NCBI GenBank assembly: GCA_963744995.1
Contig: CAVUWA010000009.1
Coordinates: 160,001-224,000, forward strand
Source: Candidatus Eiseniibacteriota bacterium
GTDB taxonomy: Bacteria > Eisenbacteria > RBG-16-71-46
Reading direction: 5' to 3'
DNA: 64,000 bases
In this document: positions 20,903 to 30,121 of the stretch, in pieces
How positions within the stretch are numbered: position 1 is the stretch's first letter
Layout of the letters: each line of letters starts with the position of its first letter
Notes under the pieces: generated by a model
Databases searched by the model: none
What the model was told of the DNA's origin: nothing
Seen by the model: only the letters and a program-made list of their open reading frames with translations
Position numbers and translations under genes: made by a program

Positions 20903-21813
20903 TGAATGCAGCCACGCAACGACCCGCGCGGCGCATCGCATGCGTCGCCATGCTGCTCGCGGCCGCGCTGCCGGCCGCGCAGGCGGGAGTGGCGGGGGCG
21001 GCGGAACCGTCGTTCGCGGCGGCCGGGCCGAGCGGCTTCGGCGGCCGTGCGGCGTGGACGTCGATTGCGCCGGTGTCCGCGGACGAAGTCCTGGCAGGCG
21101 CACCGGTGGAGGCGGCCCCCGCGGCCGCGCCGCTCACCTTCGAGACGCGCGGCATCATGGGCGGCGGACGGCTCGAGAAGGACGGGGCCTCGCGCAGCCC
21201 GTTCGACGCCGATCGGGCGCGGATCCTGCTGCGCTCGCTCACGCTGCCCGGATGGGGGCAGGCGACGCTCGGGCGCAGGACTTCCGCATGGGTGTTCGGT
21301 CTCGCCGAGATCGGCATCTGGACCTCGTTCACCGCGTTCAAGGTGCAGGAGCAGCTGCGCCGCGAGTCGTACGAGAAGACCGCTATGCTGTTCGCCGGCG
21401 TGAACCTCGACGGTCGCGACGACGAGTTCCGGCGCATCGTCGGGTCGTACCTGTCGAGCGACGAGTACAACCAGCTCGTGGTGTTTCGCGACGCCGCCAA
21501 TCAGTTCTACGACGATCCGGCCGCCTACCGGCAGTACATTGCCGAGCACTCGATCGGCGGCGCCAACTCGTGGTCGTGGGCGAGCGTCGACGACCTGCTG
21601 CGCTACCGGTCGCAGCGCCAGCGCGAGCAGCGTGCCGCCAACCGCGCCAACACCGCGCTGGCCCTGGCGATCGGCAACCGCATCCTGAGCGCGATCCACG
21701 CGGCGCGCTTCGCCCATTCGACCCCGCCCGAGCAGCGCAGCTGGCAGATCGAGTACGCGCCGACGGGCGATCGCCCGGGCGATTTCCGGGTCGGGGTGCG
21801 GACCCGGTTCTAG
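20902..21813 (+). CDS. Hypothetical exported/membrane protein (DUF5683-like), paralog B
   Basis: Signal peptide, RSLTLPGWGQATLG..AWVFGLAEIGIW, NRILSAIHA, ends FRVGVRTRF. Confidence 0.65.
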   Translation: MNAATQRPARRIACVAMLLAAALPAAQAGVAGAAEPSFAAAGPSGFGGRAAWTSIAPVSADEVLAGAPVEAAPAAAPLTFETRGIMGGGRLEKDGASRSPFDADRARILLRSLTLPGWGQATLGRRTSAWVFGLAEIGIWTSFTAFKVQEQLRRESYEKTAMLFAGVNLDGRDDEFRRIVGSYLSSDEYNQLVVFRDAANQFYDDPAAYRQYIAEHSIGGANSWSWASVDDLLRYRSQRQREQRAANRANTALALAIGNRILSAIHAARFAHSTPPEQRSWQIEYAPTGDRPGDFRVGVRTRF

Positions 21814-21817
21814 GCCG

Positions 21818-22864
21818 GTGGACCCGATCACGCTCCGGCGCCCGCTGCGGCGTGCGACCCCGCTCGGGGCGGCGCTGGCCATGGCGCTGGCCACGGGGAC
21901 GGCAGCGGGCGCCGCGCCGCGCCTCGCGGCCGACACCGCGGCGCAGGCTCCGCCATCGGTCGCCGCCGACAGCGCCGCGCCGGCGGATCCCGGCGCCGCG
22001 GCGCTGCTGCATCTCGTCAGCGACGGCGTGATCGCCCCGCACGGCAGCGGACGCGGCGAGGTGCTCGAGCCCGCAGGCCTCGCCGTGGACGCGTTCGGCC
22101 GGATCTACGTGAGCGATGCGGCGCTGCACCGGCTGCAGCGGCTCGATCCCGACGGGCGCTTCCTCAGCGAGGCGGGCAGCCTCGGCGGCGAGCCGGGCGA
22201 GCTCCACCGGCCGGGCGCCGTGGCCCTGCTCGGCGCGCTCGGCGTCGCGGTGCTGGATCGCGAGAACCGTCGCGTGGTCTCGTACGATCTGTTCGGCCGT
22301 TTCCAGGGCATCCTCATCGAGCTCGAAGCCGACGCGCTGGTCGATGAGGTCGGGCGGGTGGACCCGATCTCGATGGCCACCGATCGCGGCGGCGCGCTGT
22401 ACGTCGCGGATGCCGACCGCGACCGGGTCCTGGCGTTCGACTTTGCCGGGCGCTACCTGCGCACGATCGGCGGCTTCGGCGCGCGCCCGGGTTCGTTCCG
22501 CGGGCTCGCCGGGGTCGCCGTCGCCCCGGACGGCGTGATCGTCACCGCCGAGCGCGGCGCGCAGCGCGTCCAGCGGCTGGACGCCGGCGGCCGCCCGATC
22601 GACGCGTGGCCCGCCAGGTTCGCGCACGCGGGGGCGGCAATCGCGATCGCCGTGGACGACAGCGGGCGCGTCGCCGTGGGCGACCCCGCGGGCGGCGGCG
22701 TCGTCTGCTACGCGCAGAACGGCGTCGCGCGTGCCACCGCGTCGGCCGGGGCGCCGCGTGCGATCGCCTTCACGCCGGATGGCCGGATGCTGGTCGCCGC
22801 CGGCGGGCGGATCGTGCGCTACGTCCTCGCGGGGGCGACGCGACCCGCCGGACGGCGGGAATGA
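21818..22864 (+). CDS. NHL-repeat beta-propeller protein, exported
   Basis: Repeated P.GLAVD..GRIYVSD...HR.Q / P.SMATD.GG.LYVAD...RV units with G..G..PGE/SF spacers. Confidence 0.85.
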   Translation: MDPITLRRPLRRATPLGAALAMALATGTAAGAAPRLAADTAAQAPPSVAADSAAPADPGAAALLHLVSDGVIAPHGSGRGEVLEPAGLAVDAFGRIYVSDAALHRLQRLDPDGRFLSEAGSLGGEPGELHRPGAVALLGALGVAVLDRENRRVVSYDLFGRFQGILIELEADALVDEVGRVDPISMATDRGGALYVADADRDRVLAFDFAGRYLRTIGGFGARPGSFRGLAGVAVAPDGVIVTAERGAQRVQRLDAGGRPIDAWPARFAHAGAAIAIAVDDSGRVAVGDPAGGGVVCYAQNGVARATASAGAPRAIAFTPDGRMLVAAGGRIVRYVLAGATRPAGRRE

Positions 22865-25800
22865 GTCCCGCGGTCCGCGCCGCGCGCGCGGGCCGGAACG
22901 CCGCGGTCGCGCTCCTCTCCATGGCGCTCGCCGTGCCCGCCACGGCACATGCGGCCTCCGCGGGGGCGGAGAGCCACGATCCCGGTTGCGGCGTGATGGT
23001 GCTCGCGCTGCGCGCGGGGGCGCTCCACTATCGGCTGCCGCACGGCTTCATCACCGCGGGCTCGGATTCGGTCTGGGCGCGCGGCTACCCCCTCGTGCGC
23101 GGCCGCGACTACCTGCTGGATCCCCTGCGCGGCGAGCTGCGGTTGCTGCGCGCCGAGACGCCGGGCGACACGCTGTGGATCGCCGCCTGCTGGCTGCTCG
23201 AGCCGCCGCCCACCGACTTCCAGGTGCAGGCCTACCACGAGGTCGGCGCGCCGGCCGCCGACACCACGGCGCCGCCCGCCGCGACGCGCGAGCTGCGGCC
23301 CGCCACCGCGCGCAATCCGGAGAGCGCGGGCGGCGCCTCGCTCTCGCTCACCGGCAACAAGACGATCGCCGTCGATTTCGGCAGCTCGCAGGACGCCTTC
23401 CTCCGCCAGTCGCTCGATCTCGCCATCAGCGGCACGCTGGCGCCCGGAGTCGAGCTCACCGGCGTGCTCACCGACCGCAACACGCCGCTCTCGGCGACCG
23501 GCGCGACGCAGGATCTGCAATCGCTCGACCGCGTGCTGGTCGAGCTGCGCGCGCCGCACGCGACGGCGACGCTCGGTGACCTGACCCTCACGTCGAGACA
23601 GGGCGAGTTCGGGCGGCTCGACCGGCGCCTGCAGGGCGTGCGCGGCACGTGGGACGCGGGCCCGGCGCACCTGGAGGCGGCCGCCGCGAGCGCGGCGGGC
23701 GAATACCATCGCATGCAGTTCTTCGGCGTCGAAGGCCGGCAGGGCCCCTACACCTTGACCGACCGCGACGGCCGCGAAGGCATCTCGGTCGTGGCGGAGA
23801 GCGAGATCGTGACCCTGGACGGCGTGCGGCTGACGCGCGGCGAGAGCGCCGACTATTCAATCGACTACGAGCGCGCCCAGATCACGTTCTCCAACCGGCG
23901 CCCGATCACCTTCGCGTCGCGGATCACCGTGGAGTACCAGTACGCGGTGAATCGCTATCGCCGCAACTTCGCCGCCGCCGGCGGGCGCTGGGAGCGGGAC
24001 GGCCGCTATCTGTTCACGCAGGTCGTGACCGAGGGTGACGATCAGGGACGCCCGCTCGACCTCACCCTCACCGCCGAGGACCGCACGGTGCTCGCGTTCG
24101 CCGGCGACTCGGTCGCGAAGGCGATCGGCGCCGGGGTCACCGCCGGCGGCGGCGACTACGACACCGTGCGGGTGGCGGGCGGCGTCACCGCATTCGCCTT
24201 CGCCGGCCCGGATTCGGGCGCGTTCGCGGTGCGCTTCACGCAGGTCGGCACCGGGCGCGGCGACTACGCGGATTCGGCCGTGGTCGCCGGGCGTACGATC
24301 TACCGCTACGTCGGAGCGGGCAGCGGCGACCATGTGGTGGGCCGCGGCCTGCCGCTGCCCGAGTCGCACCAGCTGTGGTCGGGCGGCGCCGGCGTCGTCC
24401 GCGGACCGCTCGCACTCGAGGTCGAAGGGGCGGTCTCCAGGCTCGATCGCAACACGCTTTCGAGCTTCGACGACGGCGACAACGCCGGGACCGCGGGACG
24501 CGCCTCCATCGCGCTCAGGGGCGCGCTGCCGGGCACGGTCGCGGACGGGGCGGGGTTCGCCGTCGATGCGCGCGCGGTGGGCCGGCGCTTCCAGCCCTTC
24601 ACGCGGCTCGAGGCGCCGTTCGCGGAAGAGGACTGGGGCCTGCCGGTGGGCGCCGACCTGGAGAACCAGCGCCGCGTGGTCGCGAGCGCGTTCTACCGGC
24701 CGCGTGCGGGCGGTGAGTTGCAGGCGGAGGGCGGACGCCTCGAGACCCCCGGCGGATTCACCTCGTGGCGCCGCGGCGTGGACTGGCACCGTGAGGGCAC
24801 CGTGGTGACGCGCGCGAGCTGGTCCAGGGCGGACGGTCGTCAGGACGGCGCGCGCTACCCGGGCGGCGGCCGCGAGCAGCGCTCGGCCGCGCTCGCATGG
24901 CGGCTGCCGTGGGTGGAACCCGGGGTGCGCGCCGCGTCCGACGAGCGGCGCTTCCCGAGCGACTCCGGGCGCGTCGGCGACCGCTACCGCGAGGGCGCGC
25001 TCGAGCTGCGTTCGGGGCGTCTCGTGCCGTGGCGGGTCACCGGCAGCTTCGCGCTGCGCCGCGACGCCCGGCTGAGCGACGGGGGCTTCACCGATCAGAC
25101 CGAAGCGCGCACCTCACGCCTCGCGCTCGAGAGCCCCGCCGGCGGACGGTTCGGCGGCGCGCTGACCTGGCAGCGCCGTGACGTGCGTGCACTCGCCGCG
25201 GTGCCCGGCGGCCGCAGCGATCTCGCCAGCGTCAGGTTGCGCGCCGACGACCCGGCGCGCGGGCTCGAGACGCGCGCGAACGTCGAGCTCACCTCCGAAG
25301 GCCAGACCCGGCGCACGCGCCGGCTCGTGTTCGCAGGACCCGGCGCCGGTTCGTACGACGCGCTCGGCAACTTCGTCGGCACCGGCGACTACGACCTGGT
25401 GCTGGTCGTCGACGCCGGGCTCGATCTCGTTTCCCGCACGGTGACCAGTGCGCGCCTCGCCTGGAACTTCGGCGGCGCCGATGCGTGGCGCGGCTCGCGC
25501 GCGTCCTTCGACTACGAGACCGAGGCGCGACGCCGCGGCGCTTTCGAGGCCCGCGACGTGGTGATCGCCCCGGGCGCGGTGCTCGGCGACCCCGGTCTGG
25601 CTCGCGGCTCGCTCCTGCAGCGCTTCGAGGCCGATCTGGCGCCGCAGTCGAGCGCCGCCGCATTCCGGGTGCGGCTCGAGCGCCGGGTGACGGCCGACCG
25701 CTCCTACGAGAACTTCGCGCAGACCCAGGACGCGCGGCAGGCGAACCTGCGCTGGCGCGTGCGCCCGGGCGGCGCGACCAGCGCCGAGCTCGAAGCCACG

Positions 25801-26244
25801 ACGCAGCGCCAGATCGCCGCGCAGCGGGTGGCCGCCGGCGCCGCGTACGAACGGAGGCTCGACACGCACACCGGTGCGGCGCGACTGATCGTTTCACCCG
25901 ATGCGCGCCTGCGCGCCGTGCTCGCGGTGGACGCGACGTTCAGCCGGCCGGCGGAGCGCGGCGCGTTCACGCGCACCCTGCGTGTGGGGCCCGATCTCGG
26001 CGTGTCGGTGGGGGCGAAGGGGCGGCTCGAACTGACCGCGCGACGCGCGTTCACCGGCGGCCCGGCCGCGGCCGGTCTGCTGCCCAGCGCCGATCCCGCC
26101 GGCTTTCCGCGCTGGGACGGCACGGCACGCTTCGACTGGCGGGTGCGCCAGAGCACCACCGTGGGTCTCTCGTACAACGTGCGCGCGTTCGAAGGCCGGC
26201 GCGCCCGGAGCACCGGCCGCGCCGAAGTGCGGGCGTTCTTCTGA
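22861..26244 (+). CDS. Large (1127 aa) predicted outer-membrane beta-barrel protein with SprA-like motifs
   Basis: Signal peptide. Two L.RG..DY.(L/I)D...G/A.(L/I) motifs (YPLVRGRDYLLDPLRGEL; DGVRLTRGESADYSIDYERAQITF). GNKTIAVDFGSSQD..LRQSLDL.ISG.L. Long alternating amphipathic C-terminal region, ends VRAFF. Confidence 0.65.
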   Translation: MSPAVRAARAGRNAAVALLSMALAVPATAHAASAGAESHDPGCGVMVLALRAGALHYRLPHGFITAGSDSVWARGYPLVRGRDYLLDPLRGELRLLRAETPGDTLWIAACWLLEPPPTDFQVQAYHEVGAPAADTTAPPAATRELRPATARNPESAGGASLSLTGNKTIAVDFGSSQDAFLRQSLDLAISGTLAPGVELTGVLTDRNTPLSATGATQDLQSLDRVLVELRAPHATATLGDLTLTSRQGEFGRLDRRLQGVRGTWDAGPAHLEAAAASAAGEYHRMQFFGVEGRQGPYTLTDRDGREGISVVAESEIVTLDGVRLTRGESADYSIDYERAQITFSNRRPITFASRITVEYQYAVNRYRRNFAAAGGRWERDGRYLFTQVVTEGDDQGRPLDLTLTAEDRTVLAFAGDSVAKAIGAGVTAGGGDYDTVRVAGGVTAFAFAGPDSGAFAVRFTQVGTGRGDYADSAVVAGRTIYRYVGAGSGDHVVGRGLPLPESHQLWSGGAGVVRGPLALEVEGAVSRLDRNTLSSFDDGDNAGTAGRASIALRGALPGTVADGAGFAVDARAVGRRFQPFTRLEAPFAEEDWGLPVGADLENQRRVVASAFYRPRAGGELQAEGGRLETPGGFTSWRRGVDWHREGTVVTRASWSRADGRQDGARYPGGGREQRSAALAWRLPWVEPGVRAASDERRFPSDSGRVGDRYREGALELRSGRLVPWRVTGSFALRRDARLSDGGFTDQTEARTSRLALESPAGGRFGGALTWQRRDVRALAAVPGGRSDLASVRLRADDPARGLETRANVELTSEGQTRRTRRLVFAGPGAGSYDALGNFVGTGDYDLVLVVDAGLDLVSRTVTSARLAWNFGGADAWRGSRASFDYETEARRRGAFEARDVVIAPGAVLGDPGLARGSLLQRFEADLAPQSSAAAFRVRLERRVTADRSYENFAQTQDARQANLRWRVRPGGATSAELEATTQRQIAAQRVAAGAAYERRLDTHTGAARLIVSPDARLRAVLAVDATFSRPAERGAFTRTLRVGPDLGVSVGAKGRLELTARRAFTGGPAAAGLLPSADPAGFPRWDGTARFDWRVRQSTTVGLSYNVRAFEGRRARSTGRAEVRAFF

Positions 26245-28028
26245 TGCCGCGCCTGCGCAGCGGCGGGGGTTGGGTGGGCGCGCGGCGCCGTGGCGCGGCC
26301 CGGCGCCGGCGTCCGGCTCGCGTGTGGCGCGGCGTGCTGCTCGTCGCCCTCATCTCGGTGGCCGCCTGCCCGGCCACGGCGCGCCCGGCATGGGCCGCGG
26401 CGGAGCTCGACTACCGCGGCACGATGCCTGCCGCGCGCGAGCTGCGGCTGCTCGCACGGCGGGCGCTCGAGGCGCCGGCAGACAGCGGGGCCCGGGCGGC
26501 GTTCCTCGGGGCCGTGGTGGCGCGACTGCAAGCCGACGGCCACCTGGATGCGCGCGCCCGCGCGCGCTACGACAGCGCCGCCGGGATGCTTCGTGTCTCC
26601 GTGGACGCCGGGCCGCGCTACACCCTGCGTTCGGTGCGGCTCGACGCGGGTGCGCCGGGGGACTCGCTCGAGTTCGCCCGCGGGCTCGATCTCGCGCCCG
26701 GGGCGGTGGCGTCGCCACCCGCGGTGGATCGCGCGGTGCGGCGCGCGGTGAGGGGCGCGGTCGCCGACGGCTTCGCCTACGCGCGTCTCGGCGTCAGCGG
26801 CTGGCACGCCGCCGGGGAGGGGGTGGATCTCGCCCTCTCGGGTGCGCTCGGGCCGCAGGTCACGATCACCGCCGTCGACATCGAGGGACTGGCGGTCACG
26901 CGCCGCGACGTGGCACTCAAGGCCATGGGGCCGCTCGCCGGCCGGCCCTACGATCCTGCCGCGGCCGAGGATGCGCGCGAACGGCTCGATCAGCTCGGCC
27001 TGTTCACCCGGGTCGAATGGCTGGGACTCGGCGGCGAGCGCGACTGGGAATACGGCCGGCTGCGCTACCGGGTCGAGGAGCCGCGCTACAACTCGTTCGA
27101 CGGCGTGGTCGGCGTGCAGGGCGAGGCCGGCACCGTCGGCAGCGCGCGCCTCGAGCTCGGCAACCTGCTCGGCACCGGGCGGCAGGTGGGACTCGGCTGG
27201 CAGTCGCGGGGCAGGGGGCTCACCGACCTCGCCGCGCGCTACGTCGAGCCGCTGGTGCTCGGCTGGCCGCTCGCGGTGCGGATCGGCGTCGAGCAGCAGG
27301 TGCAGGACACGTTCTACGTGCGCACGCGCTGGGGTGCGCGCGGCATCTACGCCCTGAGCGGCCAGGAGCGGATCGAAGCCGGCTACGAGCAGGAGCGCGA
27401 CGTCCAGGAGCACGGCGAAGTCGAGGAAGCCGACCTGCAGCACACCGTGTTCGGATTCGAGCGCAGCGCACTCGATGCGCGCATCGGCGCACGCCGCGGC
27501 ACCCGCGTGCACGTCGAGGCGGCCGGTATCTTCAAGCGCGAGCGGCTGCGTCCCGAGGGCTCGCGCACGGCCAGCGCCAGCGCGGTGTCGCTGGACGGCG
27601 AGTGGCACCGGCCGTTCGCGACGCGCACCGGGCTCGCGCTGGAATGGCTGGCGGCGGGGCGCTTCAGCACCGAGCGCGTGCTGCCCCTCTACGAACGCTA
27701 TCCGATCGGCGGTGCGGCGACGCTGCGCGGCTTCGACGAGGAGGCGTTCCGCGTCGACCGCTATGCGATCAGCCGGCTGGAGTGGCGCTGGTTCTTCGCC
27801 GAGGCAGGCGCGCCGCGCGCATTCGTGTTCTGGGATCACGGCTGGATGGCGACGCGCGAAGCGCTGCCCGGCGGCGGCGACCGCCAGTCGGTCGTGAACG
27901 CCGACGCCTACGGCGCCGGCTTGCGCATCGAAGCCGCGGGCGGCATCGTCGGAATCGACTACGGCCTCCAGGCGGGCCATGCCCCGCTCGACGGCAAGAT
28001 CCACCTGCGTCTGGTATCCACCTTCTGA
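26244..28028 (+). CDS. Omp85 (BamA/TamA) family protein with POTRA domains
   Basis: POTRA-like ITAVDIEGLAVTR...RLDQLGLFTRV, NLLGTGRQV, YVEPLVLG.PL, loop-6 motif GGAATLRGF, terminal Phe. Confidence 0.85.
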   Translation: MPRLRSGGGWVGARRRGAARRRRPARVWRGVLLVALISVAACPATARPAWAAAELDYRGTMPAARELRLLARRALEAPADSGARAAFLGAVVARLQADGHLDARARARYDSAAGMLRVSVDAGPRYTLRSVRLDAGAPGDSLEFARGLDLAPGAVASPPAVDRAVRRAVRGAVADGFAYARLGVSGWHAAGEGVDLALSGALGPQVTITAVDIEGLAVTRRDVALKAMGPLAGRPYDPAAAEDARERLDQLGLFTRVEWLGLGGERDWEYGRLRYRVEEPRYNSFDGVVGVQGEAGTVGSARLELGNLLGTGRQVGLGWQSRGRGLTDLAARYVEPLVLGWPLAVRIGVEQQVQDTFYVRTRWGARGIYALSGQERIEAGYEQERDVQEHGEVEEADLQHTVFGFERSALDARIGARRGTRVHVEAAGIFKRERLRPEGSRTASASAVSLDGEWHRPFATRTGLALEWLAAGRFSTERVLPLYERYPIGGAATLRGFDEEAFRVDRYAISRLEWRWFFAEAGAPRAFVFWDHGWMATREALPGGGDRQSVVNADAYGAGLRIEAAGGIVGIDYGLQAGHAPLDGKIHLRLVSTF

Positions 28029-28039
28029 GAGGAGCAGCG

Positions 28040-30121
28040 ATGTCGCTGGCGGAGGACGTCCGCGCGTGGTTCGAGCCCGGCGGGCCGCTGGCCGGGCGCT
28101 GGCCGCGTTACGAGGACCGCGAGGCGCAGCGCACGCTGGCCGCCTCGATCGCCGCCACGATCGAACGCGGCGGCGTGCAGATGGCGGAGGCGCCCACCGG
28201 GGTCGGCAAGTCGCTCGCCTACCTGCTGCCCGCGCTGCTCGTCGCCGCGCGCCAGGAGCGGCGCGTGGTGATCGCAACCTGCACGAAATCCCTTCAGGAC
28301 CAGCTCTACGAGCGCGACCTGCCGCTGCTGATGCAGGCGACCGGGCTCAGCGTCCGTGCGGCGCGGCTCAAGGGGAAGCAGAACTACCTGTGTCCGCGGG
28401 CGCTCGAGATGCAGGACGGCCGCGCGCCCGAGGAACGCGAGGTGCTGGACGCCGTGCGGGCCTGGGCGGCCGCCGACGCCGAGGGCGACCTCGACCGCTT
28501 CGAGACGGCCGATCCGGAAACCTTCAGGCGGCTCCGGCCGCGGCTCGCCACCGACCCGGCCGCGTGCAGTGCGGCCACCTGCCGTCGCGGGCGCGAGTGC
28601 TTCTGGGTGCGGGCGCGGCGCGCGGCCGGCGAGGCGCGGCTGCTGGTGGTGAACCACGCGCTGCTCGCGATTTCGGGCGACGTCGAGGGGCTGCTGCCCG
28701 ACTTCGACGTGGTGATCGTGGACGAGGCGCATCGGCTGGAGGGCGTGCTGCTCGCGCAGCTCGAGCGCTCGGTGACGCGCCACCGCTTCGAGGAGATCCT
28801 GCGGCTCGTCGGCACCGGCCGCCGCGGCCGCGCCGGCGGCGGACTGCTGGCGCGCTATCGTGGCTTCGCGACGCCGCTTCTTTCGGGCGATGCGGCTACG
28901 GGGGCGTTCGAGACCGCCGAGCGGCTCGCGGCGCGGGTCGGCGAGACGCGCGAGGCGATCGAACGGCTGTTCCGGCTGTTCGAGACGGACACCGCGGGCG
29001 GCGGTCCCTACGGCAGGCGCGAACGCTACGCCGCGGCCGGCGACCTGGTGGGCGGCGACTTCGACGCGATCGAGACGGTGCTCACCCATGCGGGCGAGAC
29101 CGCGCGCATGCTGCGGCGCCTCGGCGCCTCCGTGGAGTCCGCGGGCGGTCACGGCGAGGAACTGGCCGCGGAAATGGAGCAACTCGCCGCGCGCATGAGC
29201 GTGGCGGCGCGCGACCTCGCCGATCTCACCGATCCGGCCGAGCGCGACTGGGTCTACTGGAAGACCGGCAGTCAGCGCGGCGTGAGCCTGCACGCCGCGC
29301 CGGTGTCGGTGGGGGGGCATGCGCGGCGGCTGGTATTCGCCCGGGCGCGCGCGGCGATCCTGACCTCGGCCACGCTGTCCACCGGCGGCGAGTTCGGCTG
29401 GATGGCCGGGCGGCTCGGCCTCGGCGAGACCACCGGAGTGCCGTTCGACACCTGCGTCACGGCCTCGCCGTTTCCGCTCGAGAAGCAGATGCAGGCCTGG
29501 GTGCACGACGGCGGCGAGGAGGCGGCGGCGGTCGCGGCGCTGGTCGCCGCGATCGCGCAGCAGTCGAGCGCCAACATGCTCGTGCTGTTCACGGCACACG
29601 AGCGTCTGCGCCGCGCGCGCGAGCGTCTGCGCGACCGCCTCGGCCCCGGGCGCACGCTGCTCGCGCAGGAGTGGGACGGTCCCGCCGGAATCGTGACCGA
29701 ACGTTTCCGCCGGGCGCGCGGCGCGGTCTTGCTCGGCGTGCAGAGCCTGTGGGAAGGTGTGGACTTTCCCGGCGAGGCGCTGGAAGTGCTGGTGGTGGCG
29801 AAGCTGCCGTTCTCGGTGCCGGACGACCCGATGGTCGAGGCGCGCGCGGAACGGCTGCGCGCCGAAGGGCTCGATCCGTTCCGGAAGGATGCCCTCCCCG
29901 AAGCGGTCCTGCGTTTTCGTCAGGGCGTCGGCCGGCTGATCCGGCGCGCCGACGACCGCGGGGTGCTGATCGTCTGCGACCCGCGCCTGGGGACCGCGTC
30001 CTATCGGCGGCCGTTCGTCGAGGCGCTGCCGGTGGCGTTGCGGTTCGAGCGCGATCCCGCGGTGCTGGCGGCTGCGGCGGCGGAATTCCTGAAGCGTCCG
30101 GTGGTGGTGGAGGAACGGTGA
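28040..30121 (+). CDS. DinG/YoaA family ATP-dependent helicase
   Basis: EAPTGVGKSLAYLLP, LKGKQNYLC plus further Cys (Fe-S), VVNHALL, DEAH, SATL, WEGVDFPG, QGVGRLIR; GAGGAG RBS. Confidence 0.92.
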   Translation: MSLAEDVRAWFEPGGPLAGRWPRYEDREAQRTLAASIAATIERGGVQMAEAPTGVGKSLAYLLPALLVAARQERRVVIATCTKSLQDQLYERDLPLLMQATGLSVRAARLKGKQNYLCPRALEMQDGRAPEEREVLDAVRAWAAADAEGDLDRFETADPETFRRLRPRLATDPAACSAATCRRGRECFWVRARRAAGEARLLVVNHALLAISGDVEGLLPDFDVVIVDEAHRLEGVLLAQLERSVTRHRFEEILRLVGTGRRGRAGGGLLARYRGFATPLLSGDAATGAFETAERLAARVGETREAIERLFRLFETDTAGGGPYGRRERYAAAGDLVGGDFDAIETVLTHAGETARMLRRLGASVESAGGHGEELAAEMEQLAARMSVAARDLADLTDPAERDWVYWKTGSQRGVSLHAAPVSVGGHARRLVFARARAAILTSATLSTGGEFGWMAGRLGLGETTGVPFDTCVTASPFPLEKQMQAWVHDGGEEAAAVAALVAAIAQQSSANMLVLFTAHERLRRARERLRDRLGPGRTLLAQEWDGPAGIVTERFRRARGAVLLGVQSLWEGVDFPGEALEVLVVAKLPFSVPDDPMVEARAERLRAEGLDPFRKDALPEAVLRFRQGVGRLIRRADDRGVLIVCDPRLGTASYRRPFVEALPVALRFERDPAVLAAAAAEFLKRPVVVEER

